Shown here in pieces: positions 12,992 to 26,456 of a stretch of DNA of 64,000 nucleotides (the stretch's first letter is position 1; each line of letters opens with the position of its first letter). The DNA is from Lama guanicoe (Eukaryota), in assembly GCA_013239625.1 (NCBI GenBank), contig MU054323.1:12655694-12719693 (forward strand), written 5' to 3'. A program made the translations under genes and the position numbers. The notes beneath the pieces are model-generated. The model ran no database searches. It was not told where the DNA came from and was given only the letters and a program-made list of their open reading frames with translations.

Positions 12992-14539
12992 GTATATACC
13001 TTCTTTTATTATATACATTCTTTTATTACCTATTTTATGTTGTAATAACATGGTATATCAGTATTTACATATCAGTTCATAATGTTTAAATTCATTTGCT
13101 TTCTTGTTAGTAGAAACTTACTGATAGGAGGAACATTTTGGGGAAAATCATAGGTAGTTTCATGTTCTTTCCCATGAGTTTCTTTTCCTATCCTCTAGAA
13201 CACTGTATTAAAATGTTAAATCCTGTTGTTTTTATGTATGTGCATTTTTAGAAACATTTTAATTTGGAAAATACCAAACATAATGAAAGAAGAGGGAAGA
13301 GTACATTAGACTTTGTATTTTCATTACCCAGCTTCAGCATTCATGGCCAATCTTGTGTGTAGTTTTGGCATCATGATGCTACCTCTTGCGTTTAAAGTTA
13401 AAAGTGTATTTGATGTCTTTGAGAAGGTTGAGATGATTGAAGAAGGAATACTATTTTTTTAGCTAGTTTAAAGCAACTTTGGATCTATGAACCAGTATTT
13501 GTGTGTATTGAATATATGGTGGTGTTGATGTTTTAAATGAATAATCAGTAAGAACTCTTGTTTATTGTGTATATCTTATTTTCTGTTTTTTTTCTTCACA
13601 TTGTAGGATCAGTGTTTATTTACAATTAGTTCTATCTGGGCACAAATAATTGAAGTTTTCATAATGAAAAATATTGGTATATGGTTTTATATTTATACTC
13701 ACAGAAGGGATTGAATATTGTCTTGAATGAATTTTGCTGTTGGTGGTTTTTTGTAAGTGGGTGTCTTTTTGTTTCTTCAACTGTTTAACAGAAAATAAAA
13801 ACAGTTTTCATGAGAAGTCATGAAAAATTTGATCTTGCACTTGGGTCCAGAATGGCAGAGTGTTTTAAAAGAAACGTAACAGTTCTTTGAGCACCTTTTT
13901 ATGCAGAATCATCGTAATATCTTCCAATTGTAGAAGTAACCATCAAGTGAGATTAATGTCTTATGTAGCTCAGTGTCTTAATTGAAAATAAAAATCTAAT
14001 ACTTCTTTATGTGGAGATGCCAGAAGAGTCAAAGCACATTTGTTTTCTTGGGGTATTATATTCATTTTGTAGAAACTTATACATTTACAGTGCCATGGAA
14101 ACAAGAAAGAAGTGCCATGCCGTAACAAGAACTTAAACTTCCAGAGAGCACTTTAGTTATAAATCAGACTTTTTTTTTTGGAACTTTCATGAAATTAAGT
14201 ACCTAAAATATTTTTACTGTAAGAAAACTCATGTGTTTGAATAAGTAATACTTTGAGAAGGTATAAAACTTAAACCGTAAAAGATCTGGTTTGAAAAAGA
14301 ATAGATTTCCCTCACTCTTCCTCCCCATTTCTTCTCCTGCAAAAAGCAAGCAATAGGACAAGTTTCTTGTCTTTTCATAGGCAGTCTGTGCTTTTAACAA
14401 GCAGTCACCTCTATATTCTATACAGATTGAAACCACCACCAGCAGAGGGGTTTTATTAACTGTTAGGGCAGAGTCCTGACTAGTGATTATAAGGTCCTAG
14501 AAGATGACTGTAGTCTCTCAACTTCCTGTTTTTTTTTTT

Positions 14540-17500
14540 TTTTTGGAAATATGTTAATTGTGAAATCTAATGCCCATTTAGATGGGTACAGAAAACAGTT
14601 GTATAAGTGAAGCAATTTATAACAACACAAACTGCCTGTGTGACCACCAAGTCAAAAAATAACATTTCAAGTACTCGAAAAAAGGTATCTTCATGCCCCC
14701 TTCCATTTATTCTCCCTCACTCTCTCCAAAAGGTAACCATTGTCCTAACTTTCCAAGTAAACATTTCTTGGTTTTTGTTTCTTTGCATAACCACTTAGGC
14801 ATTCCTAAGCACTGGTTGAGTAGGGTCTATATGGTATAAAATTGCATTTATGTATTTTTGATTGGCCTTCTGTTCAATGTTATAATTAAATTCACCTACA
14901 TCATTGTTTATAGATAGTTGATTCATTTTCATTGCTGTTTAAAAGATTCTACTCTCTGAATAAAACAATATTGATGTGTCCACTATTGATTTTTGAACTG
15001 TTGATGGACATTTGGTTTGTTACATTATGGTGTTGTTAGTACTAATGGATACGCTTTTCTCTTGGATGTGAAGGTACTAATTGATTTGCTGCTTCATAAG
15101 GTTTTCATATATTCAGCTTCAGTAAGTAATGTTAAAGAAATGCTTCCTTAGTTTCCAAATATATTAACATTTTCTTGTTACCATCTTGTTATTCATTTCT
15201 ATTTAAATTACTGTAGGGTCAAAAGAAATACTTTATCAGTCTTGCAAAATTTGTTGGAAATTGTAGAGGATCAGCAATAATGCCTGACAAAATGTTTACT
15301 CTGTACTTAGTAAAGTGTACTCTGTATCCATTTGGGCAGGTTTGCTAATTGTGTTCTTTAAATTCTCTGTCTTTATTATCTTTTTCTTTTTTGGTTAGTA
15401 AGATCAGCATGTTAAATTCTTGTCATTATACCTGTGTATTTAGTTTAATCAATTTTTAGTGTATATGTTTTGAAAGTACCATACAAATTTAGAATGTTTG
15501 TATTTTCATTGTGAATTGAATCTTTTATCATTAGATATTATCTCTTTGTCTCTAAGATTGATTATCCTAAAATTGTTTGATATTATACACCAGGCATCAA
15601 CTTTCTTTTCTTAAACTATTTGTATGGTATATAATTTTCTTTCTTTTTACTTTCAGCTTTTCACTGTCTCCTTATATTTTAAACATCTCTTTTTTTAAGC
15701 AGGATGTATTTGTTTTTTTACCCTCAACCAATCTGATACTTTCTCTTTCAACTGGAATATTCAGTTTATTTACATTTAATGTAATTACTAATATATTTTT
15801 ATTTAAATTTACTATGTTTTTCATATGTCCTATTAGATTTCTCATTTGCCAGTTAGATGTTTCTTTTTCTCCCCTACCCGCCCCCCCCCTTTTTGGTGAG
15901 TATATTTTTATTGAGCTATTTTTCTACTTATTATTATTTTTAGCAATTATCCCAGAGATCATAATATACATACATCCTTGATATACAGAAATCCAGTTAC
16001 TTTTTTTTTTACCATGCAGTGCAAATATATTGAACACTATCTTATTACCTTTCCAAATTACGTGTCATTGTGGTTTTATACCTTAGTTGTATATGTATTT
16101 TAATTCCCATGATTATTATAGTTTTTTATATTCAGTATTCATTTGGATTTTCTCATAATTTCATTCTCATTCCTCTTTACTCCTTTTTGTGCTTTTGAGC
16201 TTTTATGTGGAATGATTTTCTTTATATCTGAAAACTACTCTGTAGGATCACTTTTTGTTCTTGTCTACTACTGATGATGAGTTTACTTAGTTTTGAGGGG
16301 GAAATTTTCAAAATTTTTTGAATAATTTGGTAAACCGCATAGCCAGTATTAATGTTTTTCACATTTCATTTTTATTGTTTTTCTTTACTGAAGTACCTCA
16401 AAACAAATCCTAGATATTATAGTTGACCCTTGTACAATATGGATTTGAATTGTGTGGGTCCACTTATATTCATATTTTTTTTCAATAAATGTGTACTACA
16501 GTACTACTTGGTTCATGATTGGTTAAAACTACATGTGCAGAACTGTGGACACAGAGGTCTGACAGTAAAGTTTTCTATGGATTTTTCATCTGTGCAGAAG
16601 GTAGATACCCCTAAGCCCTGTATTGTTCAAGGGTCAACTGTATATCACTTCTACCTCTACATACGTAGCACACACATAAGTACCTTAAACAATGTGAAAA
16701 TCCTCTTTAATAACTGATTCCATTTTTATTATAATTATCTAAACTAACTATGGTTTATTATGATGAGTTGTATTATAATGAACTAAATTAGCATAATTAA
16801 TTTCACGCTATCATCTAAATTCCAATACTTAATTACATTTATCTGAATATCACAATAATAACTTTCTACATTTGGCTTGTTTGGATCAAGAGGTGTCATC
16901 TTCATTCTTGAAGTATCACATGTTACAGAATTCTAAGCTATTACTTCTTCTAGTTATTTAAATATAATCTTTCTTTTTGCCTTAAACCAATTTTTTTAGA
17001 CGTAACTTGTCAGTCTTATTCCTTTTTTAAAGTCACTGTCAGTTTTCAAGGTGTTTTTGAGATTCATATTGTCTCTCTCTGCCTCCTTCCCTTTCTACCT
17101 TCTCTGCCTCTCTTCCCCTCTTTCCCCATCTCTCTCCCTCTCACTGAGCATTTTTCTCTTATGTTCCTATATGTGGTTTCATTTGTATTCTGGTTGGGAT
17201 TCATAGCGTTTCTTGAATCCTTACTTGATATCTTCCATCAGCTTGAGAAAGATTCAGACATTAACTGTTCAAACATTACTTCTGTCCTATGTTCTATCTT
17301 CTCTCTTTTTGCATCTTCAATTTCATGTATGTTATACCTCATCACCATAACTGATACAAGTTTAACTTTTTAAATCTCTTCTTTTACTATGAGTATTTTC
17401 TTCTAATTTATCTTAGTTTACTAATTCTTTCTTCCAGTGTTTAATCACTTATGAGAAAAATACTATCCTTCCTCCACTCTACTGCAACGTTGTCTCTGTT

Positions 17501-19060
17501 CATAATCATTTGTCTACTATCTGTTTCAGTTATTTCTGTTCCACTGGTCAGTTTGTGCAGCTTTATGCCAATACCTCATTATCTTAATTACTGTAACTTC
17601 ACAGGTCTTAACATCTGATACAATAAACCCACCAACTTTTTCTTTCTTTTTCTGGTAGATTTAGAAAGTTTATGTATAAAGTTTCACAATGTTACATAAT
17701 CATCACCAGTATCTAATTCCAGAGCATTTCCATCACTCCAAAAAGAAACCTCGTAGCCATTAGCAGTCACTCCCAATACCCCTCTCTCCCATCTCTTAGC
17801 AATCACTAATATATTTTGAGTCTCTATGGATTTGCCTACCCTGGTCATTTCACATAAATGTGGAATCATACAGTATTTGACCTTTTTGTCTGGTTTCTTT
17901 CACTTGGTTTAATGTTCTCAAGGTTCATCCATTTAGTGTGTTAAGTGTCTCTTTTTAATGGCTGAATAATACTCCATCTTATGGTTACACCACTTTTTAG
18001 AATTTTTTAGATATACCACATTTTATTTATCTACTCAACAATTAGTGGACATTTGGGTTGTTTCCTCTTGTTGATTATTAAGAAAAATAGTTGTGAACAT
18101 TTTTGTGTAAGTTTTCGTGTGATACATGTTTTCAGTTTTGTTGGGTGTGTACCTAGGGGTGAAATTCACCAACATTCTTTTTCTTAAAGATCATCCTTCA
18201 TAAAGTTTCAATGTCTTTTGTATTTCATTTTTTTCTAGCTTTATCAAAATTTAATTTACATATATAACCTTGAGCAAGTTTAAGGTGTACAACATGTTGT
18301 TTTGATACACTTATATATTGTAAAATGATTACCTCTATAGAATTAGCTGATCCCTTCATCCCATCACATAGTTATCTTTTTTTTTTCCTTTTGTGGATTT
18401 GTCTAAATTTAACATTCAGTCTCTTAGCAACTTTCAAGTGTATACTATGGTATTATTAGCTATAATCACCTATATATTAAAACTCATTTAATTTTTGAAT
18501 TGGCTTGACAATTTACACACAAAAAAAGCTTATTAGTATTTTATTTTAATTTGTGGTTTGAATGTAAGTCATTTGAGAGATTTAATATCTTAAATATTGA
18601 ATCTTTCAGTCCATTAACATGGTATGTAAGTTCTTTAGTGTATTTAAGTATTCAATATATCTTGGGTGATGTTTTATACTTCTCAGTACACTAGAAGTTT
18701 TGCACATCTTTCTTAGATTTGTACCTAGGTATTTGATTTTTTTTATGCTATTGTAAGTAATATTTTTCTTAATTGTATTTCTGTTCTCTTGTTGCTAGTA
18801 TATAGGAATATAATTGATTTGTATATATTAATCTCATATCTGGTAACACTGCTATAGTAACTTATTCTAATATTTTGTAAATTCTTGGGGATTTTTAATA
18901 TACAGTTATGTAATCTGTTAATAAACAGAGTTTTACTTCTTGTTTTTCTAGTTGTTTTATCTTTTATTTCTTTTCTTGGTCTGTTGTGCATCCTAGGACT
19001 TCCTGCATGATATTGAATAGAAGTGGTGGTAATAGTCATCTTTGTCTTGTTCTCACCTGT
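14540..19060 (-). mobile_element. Cluster of old antisense L1 fragments with nested insertions
   Basis: T-rich L1 3'UTR motifs (17684-18170: catttccatcactccaaaaagaaacc, atggatttgcctaccctgg, gtggaatcatacagtattt) and ORF2-like remnants on the minus strand at 18743-19039; boundaries approximate. Confidence 0.65.
16420..16640 (+). mobile_element. TcMar-Tigger MITE (Tigger2/MER8-like)
   Basis: TIRs (t)agttgacccttgtacaata ... tattgttcaagggtcaactg, flanked by TA on both sides; 221 bp. Confidence 0.8.
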
Positions 19061-19708
19061 TTTTTTTTCATATCTAGTTTTAGAGGTCCTTAGTATAAAA
19101 ACAGAAAATGATATTGAAAACTCAAAGACTGTGCAAAAGATTTGAAAGTTAGTTTTGTAATAGCGTGGTGACTTTTCTTGGATTGTTTGTCTGTTATGTG
19201 TTTTAGTGACTTAATTCATTTTCCTTTAAGTATTACTTGATTTGGGCATTAGATTTTAAAATCAGTAAAGGGGCTAAAGTACACGTGGTTAATGTTGAAA
19301 TTCACTTAAATTACCCCAGAAGTACAAGTACAACATAAGTGCTTCAGTAAGTTCAATAATTTTTTCTCCAGAATTGGAATTGCTGTTGCTTTGGTGGAAC
19401 ACTTGGAGCAGATGGATTTCATTTGGGGACACACAGTTTATGAGAATTATGATTGCTGTTTCTTTGACCAAGTTCATGTAGTTGAATTTGTGTAAGTTAA
19501 ATGAAGTGTAGGATGACTGCACTATAATAAACATGTTTTTTTTAAGTTGAGGAAATTTTTTATTGTAAGAGGCTATGTACAATTTTGTTGTTATTTCTAT
19601 CTGGTGATTGTAGCCTAGTTTTCTTTTTCAGTAGTTCATTAGAATTCTGCCATAATAAAGCCATTGTTAGATTTTAAGATAGGCTGTCAGATTACCTGTT
19701 TTTTTCCC

Positions 19709-19751
19709 ATTAATTTGCAGAGGCAAATTAATTTGCAGAGGCAAATTAATT
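19709..19751. repeat. 18-bp palindromic tandem repeat (2.4 units)
   Basis: attaatttgcagaggcaa x2 plus attaatt, perfect copies. Confidence 0.9.
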
Positions 19752-19754
19752 CCC

Positions 19755-20070
19755 TCAATTTTAGATTTACTATCTGTGAAATGGGATAACAATAGTACTT
19801 ACCCATGTGCCACTGCAAAGTTTAAATGAGTTGACGTAAGTTCCATGCTTAGCACTGTGCCTCTCACTGGCTTTGAGTTCGCACAGTCGTTGGTTCTAAC
19901 CCTAGTTCTACCACTATCAGCTCTACAGGGTAACTTCTCTGAGCCATTCTTTACTTAGTCAGCCAAAGCAGAATCATAGTACCTGCCCTTCAGTGTTGTT
20001 CATTTGTTGAATGTAGTAATTAACTCAAACAGTGTAAGGTGGTTGGTAATACACACTAAGCATTTGCTAT
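19755..20070 (+). mobile_element. Two adjacent MIR fragments
   Basis: cctcaattt..atctgtgaaatgggataacaatagtacttacc and aacttctctgagcc..atagtacctgcc. Confidence 0.55.
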
Positions 20071-20951
20071 TCTTGGAGCAGTTATTTTTCCTTAATATAA
20101 GCTTTCTAATAAAGGCCTTTTATAATATAAATATTAATGAGGTTATTAGACTTGGCCTTTACTTCTTGTTTTATGCTGACCTGTGTAAGTTAGGAAATTA
20201 AGTCTTTGTCTCAGCTGTTTTCAGTAGTTTTCCATAAATATAAATATGTGATAGGGAAAAAAGTTCCTTTATACTGTATATTCAAATAACATTGGAAAGC
20301 AAAGTCAAGGAAGTGTTTTAACTTGTGTGATTTCATAGACCTTTAATGATGATAATGTTCATGAGGAAACAGTATGTGCCAGACATATTTGACTATGCAT
20401 AGGATGTGCTTCTCTTTTTATTAGTGTTCTAGGAAGTGTATGGTAGGAAATATTGCTTTACATATTCTGTGTGGGCCAGACTCTGTCTAGGTTTTGCTTT
20501 AAAATGAAAAATAGATGTCATCAGTCTTCTATGACGTTCTTGTAATTGAAAGTCTTTTTAGCTTTTTAGGGGAGAAAAGAGGAAATGTTGCCGTAGGAGA
20601 ACTTAGTAAAGCAAAAGTCAATGTATTTCTTACACTCAAATTGTATAAAAATACTCTCATTTTGTATTTTCATTTTAGCCATATTAAATGAAATTTCTCC
20701 TGTGCTGAAAATATTTTTAAACTCAAAAGTATACTAATTTTTTGTTTGATATAGAAGTCATTCCTGGGTCTTGTATGCTTGAATACTGTTGTTACCGATA
20801 CACTTTTACCATTAAGATTTCCTTTCAATATTTCTATTTTTAAAATAAAAATTAACTGTAGTTTTAGTGTCAGAGTAGTATGGTTTGCATATGTTTCTCT
20901 GTGAACCTTTTCTTCATCCTGTTTTCTCCCCTCCTCCTTGTCTTATGCCAG

Positions 20952-21139
20952 TGAGTTCCTTCGGGGTTACTCCTGCAGTAGGTGGACTATCATCTGGCAC
21001 AGTTGGGGAAGCTTCGACAGCCCTGAGTTCAGCAGCCCAGGTAGCTTTGCAGTCTCTCTCTCATGCAATGGCTTCAGCCGAGCAACAGCTGCAGGTGCTG
21101 CAAGAGAAACAGCAGCAGCTTTTGAAGCTTCAGCAACAG
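20952..21139 (+). CDS. BIRC6: BIRC6 exon 11
   Basis: long polypyrimidine tract, gccag|TG AGT..CAG|gttgga; SSFGVTPAVGGLSSGTVGEAST...QEKQQQLLKLQQQ. Confidence 0.95.
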
Positions 21140-21927
21140 GTTGGAGACTATTTGGCTCTTTGTTCATGCTGTCTCTAAACTTCAAAAGCTGAGAAAATAC
21201 TGTAAAAATGACCATTATTTTCATAAAGGAAATTAGGTTGACCATCTGAGCTAATCATTTTCTGCAAAAATTGAGGTAACGTCTTTGTGACATACTTAAA
21301 TTTTAAAAAATTATATAAATGTATTTATTTGATACATACCTAGGGTAATATAATTGATACTTTCTTTGTAATCTTTAAGTAAAATCCATTCTTAACTCTG
21401 TTTAAATACTCTTGGTCAAACATTACAGTTACCAGTTATTATTTTTATGGATTGAAAAACCTAAAACAGTTTTAAAGACCAATTAAATTAATGTGATTAA
21501 GATTTAGTAAAAACAACAGATGTTTTGGAGATTTCATCGTGGTCTAAATGCATCCTATACAATTCCAGGTGACAAATTATATCAGGTTAGGCAACATGAG
21601 AATCCACTTCCTGTTAATATTTTGTTTTTAGAAGGAGTTTGTTTCTTTATTTACATTTAATTGTTCTGCTTTCTTTCTATCTTTGCTTTGAGAAAGTCCT
21701 ACTTCCCAAATACTCAAGAAATTTTAAGCAAATGTTTAGTGAAATACATATATATATACCATAGAAATACTCCATCCGGGTTGAGTCTGTTTTTTCCTTA
21801 GTTTCATTTTTATTGAACTAGGATCTAGTTAGTCATGTTTATTTTCATAATATATACCCGTGTAGTATTCCCCACAACTTAGGCAGGCAGGATTAGTCTA
21901 TATTTGTTGCTTTTACTTCTCTTACAG

Positions 21928-22251
21928 AAAGCAAAGCTGGAAGCCAAGTTACACCAGACCACTGCTGCAGCAGCTGCAGCAGCATCGGCAGCATCAGCAG
22001 TAGGTCCTGTACACAACTCTGTGCCTTCCAACCCAGCGGCAGCCCCTGGATTCTTCATCCATCCATCTGACGTTATTCCACCCACTCCAAAAACAACACC
22101 ACTTTTTATGACTCCACCACTCACCCCACCCAATGAAGCAGTTTCCGTTGTGATTAATGCTGAACTTGCACAGCTTTTCCCAGGCTCAGTTATTGATCCC
22201 CCAACAGTCAATCTTGCTGCACATAACAAAAATTCCAACAAGTCCAGAATG
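21928..22251 (+). CDS. BIRC6: BIRC6 exon 12 (poly-Ala, Pro/Thr-rich)
   Basis: ttacag|AAA..ATG|gtaaat; KAKLEAKLHQTTAAAAAAASAASAVGPVH...HNKNSNKSRM. Confidence 0.95.
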
Positions 22252-22494
22252 GTAAATTATTATATTTTAAATAGATGTTCACTTATACTTTGATAAATAT
22301 TTTGATGTATGTGCTAACTTTAGAAGGCAAAATTTTATTATACCAACTTGTTATATCAAATTAGATTATTTTGTTTTATGAGATGTTACAGAATATACAT
22401 CAGAAGATGAGACTTGTTAATTTCATATTATGGCTATTAGTTTTTATAGAGCAAGAGTGATACCAGTGTAGAGTTACACTTTTTTCTTTTCTAG

Positions 22495-22594
22495 AATCCA
22501 CTTGGTTCTGGTCTAGCCCTTGCAATTTCTCATGCTTCACATTTTCTTCAGCCTCCACCTCACCAGTCCATTATTATTGAGCGAATGCATTCAG
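22495..22594 (+). CDS. BIRC6: BIRC6 exon 13
   Basis: ttctag|AAT..TCA G|gtaatc; NPLGSGLALAISHASHFLQPPPHQSIIIERMHS. Confidence 0.95.
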
Positions 22595-24576
22595 GTAATC
22601 TTTGACTTTCTTAAGATATTTTTCTTGCTTTGTCTGCTGACCATTTGAATTTTGAAGACTTTTTTTGTAGTTAGATTTTTCTTTTGAAAATAAATAAATA
22701 GCTCTTGGGAAAATACATTTTACTAAGAATAAGCACTCCATAAGCTTAAGCTGTGTGCTCACCAAGTTGAATGGAAGAGTGCTGCTGACTAGGTTCATTA
22801 ATTCTATCCAACCTGTGGCTTTGATCTGTAACTGAGTCTCGCATGTTAAACTATGGTTGACATAGATTTTCAGCCTCCATTGGAGCTGCTCAATTGCCAT
22901 TACACTAAAAATTAAAGAAGTATTCCTAAAATGAGCATTCTGGTCTTGGAACTCTTTCTTGAGAAAAGCAGGTGGAATTACTGCTAATTATAGTAAGTAA
23001 GATTAATAGCACTTCATGGTCTCTGCATACTTCAGATTTTACTTAGGCTTGTACCATGCTTATGTGCTAGAGACCTGTCATCAGGATAGGTGCTTTCAAT
23101 TAGAACATCTGTACTATGTATCTTGTATATATACTTTATATATACTATATGCAGTATTCATCTTATTGTCCTACCAACTGTTATTTCCAGGCTTGAGCAG
23201 CAGCAGAATTTAACAGAATTTTTAGGTGTGTTTTATAGGAGGAAGTAACATGAATATAGTTAAGTGAACAGTTGAACTATGATTCATTGCAGTGGGTTAT
23301 TTCCTCTTCGGAAGAGTTTAAAAAAAAATAAAGTGTTAATGGTGTTTTCTGCCCAGTTAATAATTTATTTGTAATAACATCAGTGTTTATAACATTTAGA
23401 GTGAAATTTGTTGTTGTCCAATCTTAAATGTGAGCAGTTGTTTTATACTATGATTTGGTTTTTTAATCTATGGACTTGATTGTGGCACATAAACCCCCTA
23501 AGGAGAAGAATTATGCTTTTTGTTGTTCAGTAGTCTTTCTGTTTAGGAAAGTATTGGTAACTGCCTTGTTTTCCTTAAAATGACTCTATTGAGAATAATA
23601 CTAGTCCTAGAAGTTAAATTTAGTTGGGTCCTTTAACTGTAAAATGTAACTGGTAAGGTTACTATCTACCCCTAACCCAGTAAAGAAGAAAAATAATTAC
23701 GATTTTATTAATGCTTCTGCTTACTGTTTCACTAATTGAGCATATTCCTGAAATGTGAGATGAGAGTTGCAGAACTGCTCTTTTTTCTGTTCCTCTTAGA
23801 TCATTCTTGCCTTTCATTAGCATAAGCATCTCAGCCATGCTGAGTGTGGGTTTAGTGCTTACACAGAAAAGACTCACTACCTCTTTAGTGTGGCCTTGAA
23901 GAGTAAGCCTTCTACTTCATCTGGTACTGAGCTGAAGAGAAAGTGATGTGTCAGTAAGGTGGGGTAGGGAGTGGGAGGCTTGTTTGAGATAAGCTTTATC
24001 TGTCTCATTAGACAACCTTCCTAAGACATTTTTTAGCGTGATAATAATGACTACATGTGATTTCAGCCTTATGCTTTTCCTTTACATCTTAACCCCAATG
24101 TAAGATGCAACTCCAAAAGATGTTAAACAAGGCTTAAGAAAACCAAAATCATGTGATACAGTTTGATATCATTAATACATCTAATTGTGAAATTTTTAAA
24201 AAGTCCAAATGACTGAAAGAACAGATAGGTACTTGATGGAATTAATCTGTATTCTGTTTTTGCTAATTTACATTTATTTTTGCTCTAATGCTTTAAATTA
24301 AGCCTATGTGTACAGTTGATTGCCTTGATAGTAGCAAGCTTTTTCATGTATGTATTTTTTTTTAAACCAAAGTCTTAAGGTTCAAACTAACATAGATTGA
24401 GATTTTAGACAATTTTTGAATGAGCTGCTTAGTAAAAAGTAACTTTTTTTCTCATGTTTGTAGTTTAGTAAGTTGATTTCTTATTTCAAGACAAGTGTTC
24501 CACACTGTTTCTGAGTGTATCTTTTGGTTAATTGATATATGGTATTTTGTGTCAACTGTTGCTCTGTCTCTGATAG

Positions 24577-24791
24577 GAGCAAGGAGATTTGTGACCTTGG
24601 ATTTTGGCAAACCAATACTGTTGACAGATGTATTGATTCCCACATGTGGAGACTTGGCCTCCTTGTCAATTGACATTTGGACATTAGGAGAAGAGGTAGA
24701 TGGGAGGCGACTGGTAGTCGCAACTGATATAAGCACCCATTCACTAATTCTTCATGACTTAATACCACCTCCTGTGTGCAGATTCATGAAG
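24577..24791 (+). CDS. BIRC6: BIRC6 exon 14
   Basis: gatag|GA..AAG|gtaaag; GARRFVTLDFGKPILLTDVLIPTCGDLASLSIDIW...PPPVCRFMK. Confidence 0.95.
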
Positions 24792-24977
24792 GTAAAGAAC
24801 TTCAAGAAAATGAATTGATACGCTTTCTGTGTTTCTGATTAAGTTATGAAAACTATTCAGACATGTAATTTAAAAGTATCTTTTTATAATTTATAATTAT
24901 ATCTCTTTTAAAATACATTACAGAGATTTTTATTGTTGTAGATCGGTGGTACCTGTACTTATAAGTTTTCATTTCAG

Positions 24978-25186
24978 ATCACTGTCATTGGACGTTATGG
25001 AAGTACAAATGCCAGAGCTAAAATTCCATTAGGATTTTACTATGGGCATACCTATATCTTGCCTTGGGAGAGTGAACTGAAATTAATGCATGATCCTTTG
25101 AGGGGAGAGGGAGAATCTGCAAACCAACCAGAAATTGACCAGCATTTAGCGATGATGGTTGCTCTACAGGAGGATATACAGTGCAG
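24978..25186 (+). CDS. BIRC6: BIRC6 exon 15
   Basis: tttcag|ATC..TGC AG|gttagt; ITVIGRYGSTNARAKIPLGFYYGHTYILPWESELK...MVALQEDIQC. Confidence 0.95.
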
Positions 25187-25518
25187 GTTAGTAGAAAATT
25201 GCAATATATTTTAATCTTACTGAAACCCTCTATTTTGTGTAATATCTCGGATATATATTTGTCAAGAAATGCCTTTTCATTAGTGTGTAGAAAAGAGTGA
25301 GAGGAAGTAGGGTACTAGCTTGTTACAATAATACTTAATGCATTAACATATTGTGATTAAATAATTGGCTCTTTTTTTAGTACTTACTAATTGATTAATT
25401 CTTTTTAATGGTTATGTGTTAATGTGTTTTAGGGATTTAATTTTTAGTTAATGTTCATACTTGTTCATCAAAGAGAACGTTGCAGAAATTATTTTATTCA
25501 CTTATTTTTTACTTATAG

Positions 25519-25865
25519 GTATAATTTAGCTTGTCATCGACTGGAAACTCTTTTGCAAAGTATTGACCTTCCTCCCCTCAACAGTGCTAACAATGCGCAG
25601 TACTTTTTGCGAAAGCCAGACAAGGCAGTTGAGGAAGACAGCAGAGTTTTTTCTGCCTATCAAGACTGTATTCAGCTACAGCTTCAATTAAATTTGGCTC
25701 ATAATGCAGTGCAGAGGCTCAAAGTAGCTCTTGGTGCAAGTAGGAAGATGCTGAGTGAAACATCAGATCCAAAAGATTTGATTCAGATGTCTTCCACAGA
25801 GCAGTTACGTACTATCATCAGATATTTATTGGACACTTTGCTCAGCCTTCTTCACTCTTCCAATG
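25519..25865 (+). CDS. BIRC6: BIRC6 exon 16
   Basis: ttatag|G TAT..AAT G|gtttgt; YNLACHRLETLLQSIDLPPLNS...LLSLLHSSN. Confidence 0.95.
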
Positions 25866-26456
25866 GTTTGTATTTGGTTTAAGTACTTTAAAAGGCTGGA
25901 AATGTATTTGATGTGATTTTGTTTCATGTTTTGTTGTTTCCTAGGCCTAGTTAATTTTGATTTTTTTTCAGATGTGTTTATGAAATGTGTTTTAGGTGAA
26001 TTCATTTTTTCCTTGTTTTTATTTGTTTTTCTTAAATGGAGTTTTGATTTTTGTTTTGGAGTTTCTGCTATTGATGTGCCACATTATTTTTAATGGCAAA
26101 GTAATAAATAAAGTTTGAAAGCACAACAGTGAAAACTGTTAATGAATTCTTAGTCTAATATAGTACTGTCGCTATTTTTGATCATTACATGTGGGGCTTG
26201 CACACGGGTGCACACGCACACAGCCGTCTGATACACCCAGCTCCACATACAAGAAATATAATTGTTTTAAGTGCTAACTCTTCCTTACCTAAGTGTTTAG
26301 CAAATAAAGCTGTACATATAAGGAGTAAATAAATGAATAGGAAAATAAATAGAATATAATTTTTCTGTTAAAGAAGGAAATATGACTAGGCATACTGATT
26401 TTGATAGTAGAGCATACTCTTAAATAGAAATTTTACTGTTTTCTTTCTTGTAATAG

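Noticed and set aside
12992..13003. Possible U12-type donor gtatataccttc
   Set aside because: It does not match RTATCCTT, and I saw no TCCTTAAC branch point before the 20951 acceptor.
13590..14470. Candidate cryptic exons after pyrimidine tracts in the repeat-poor start of intron 10
   Set aside because: AG acceptors are present, but I could not pair them with convincing donors or a recognisable peptide. Conservation or RNA-seq data would be needed.
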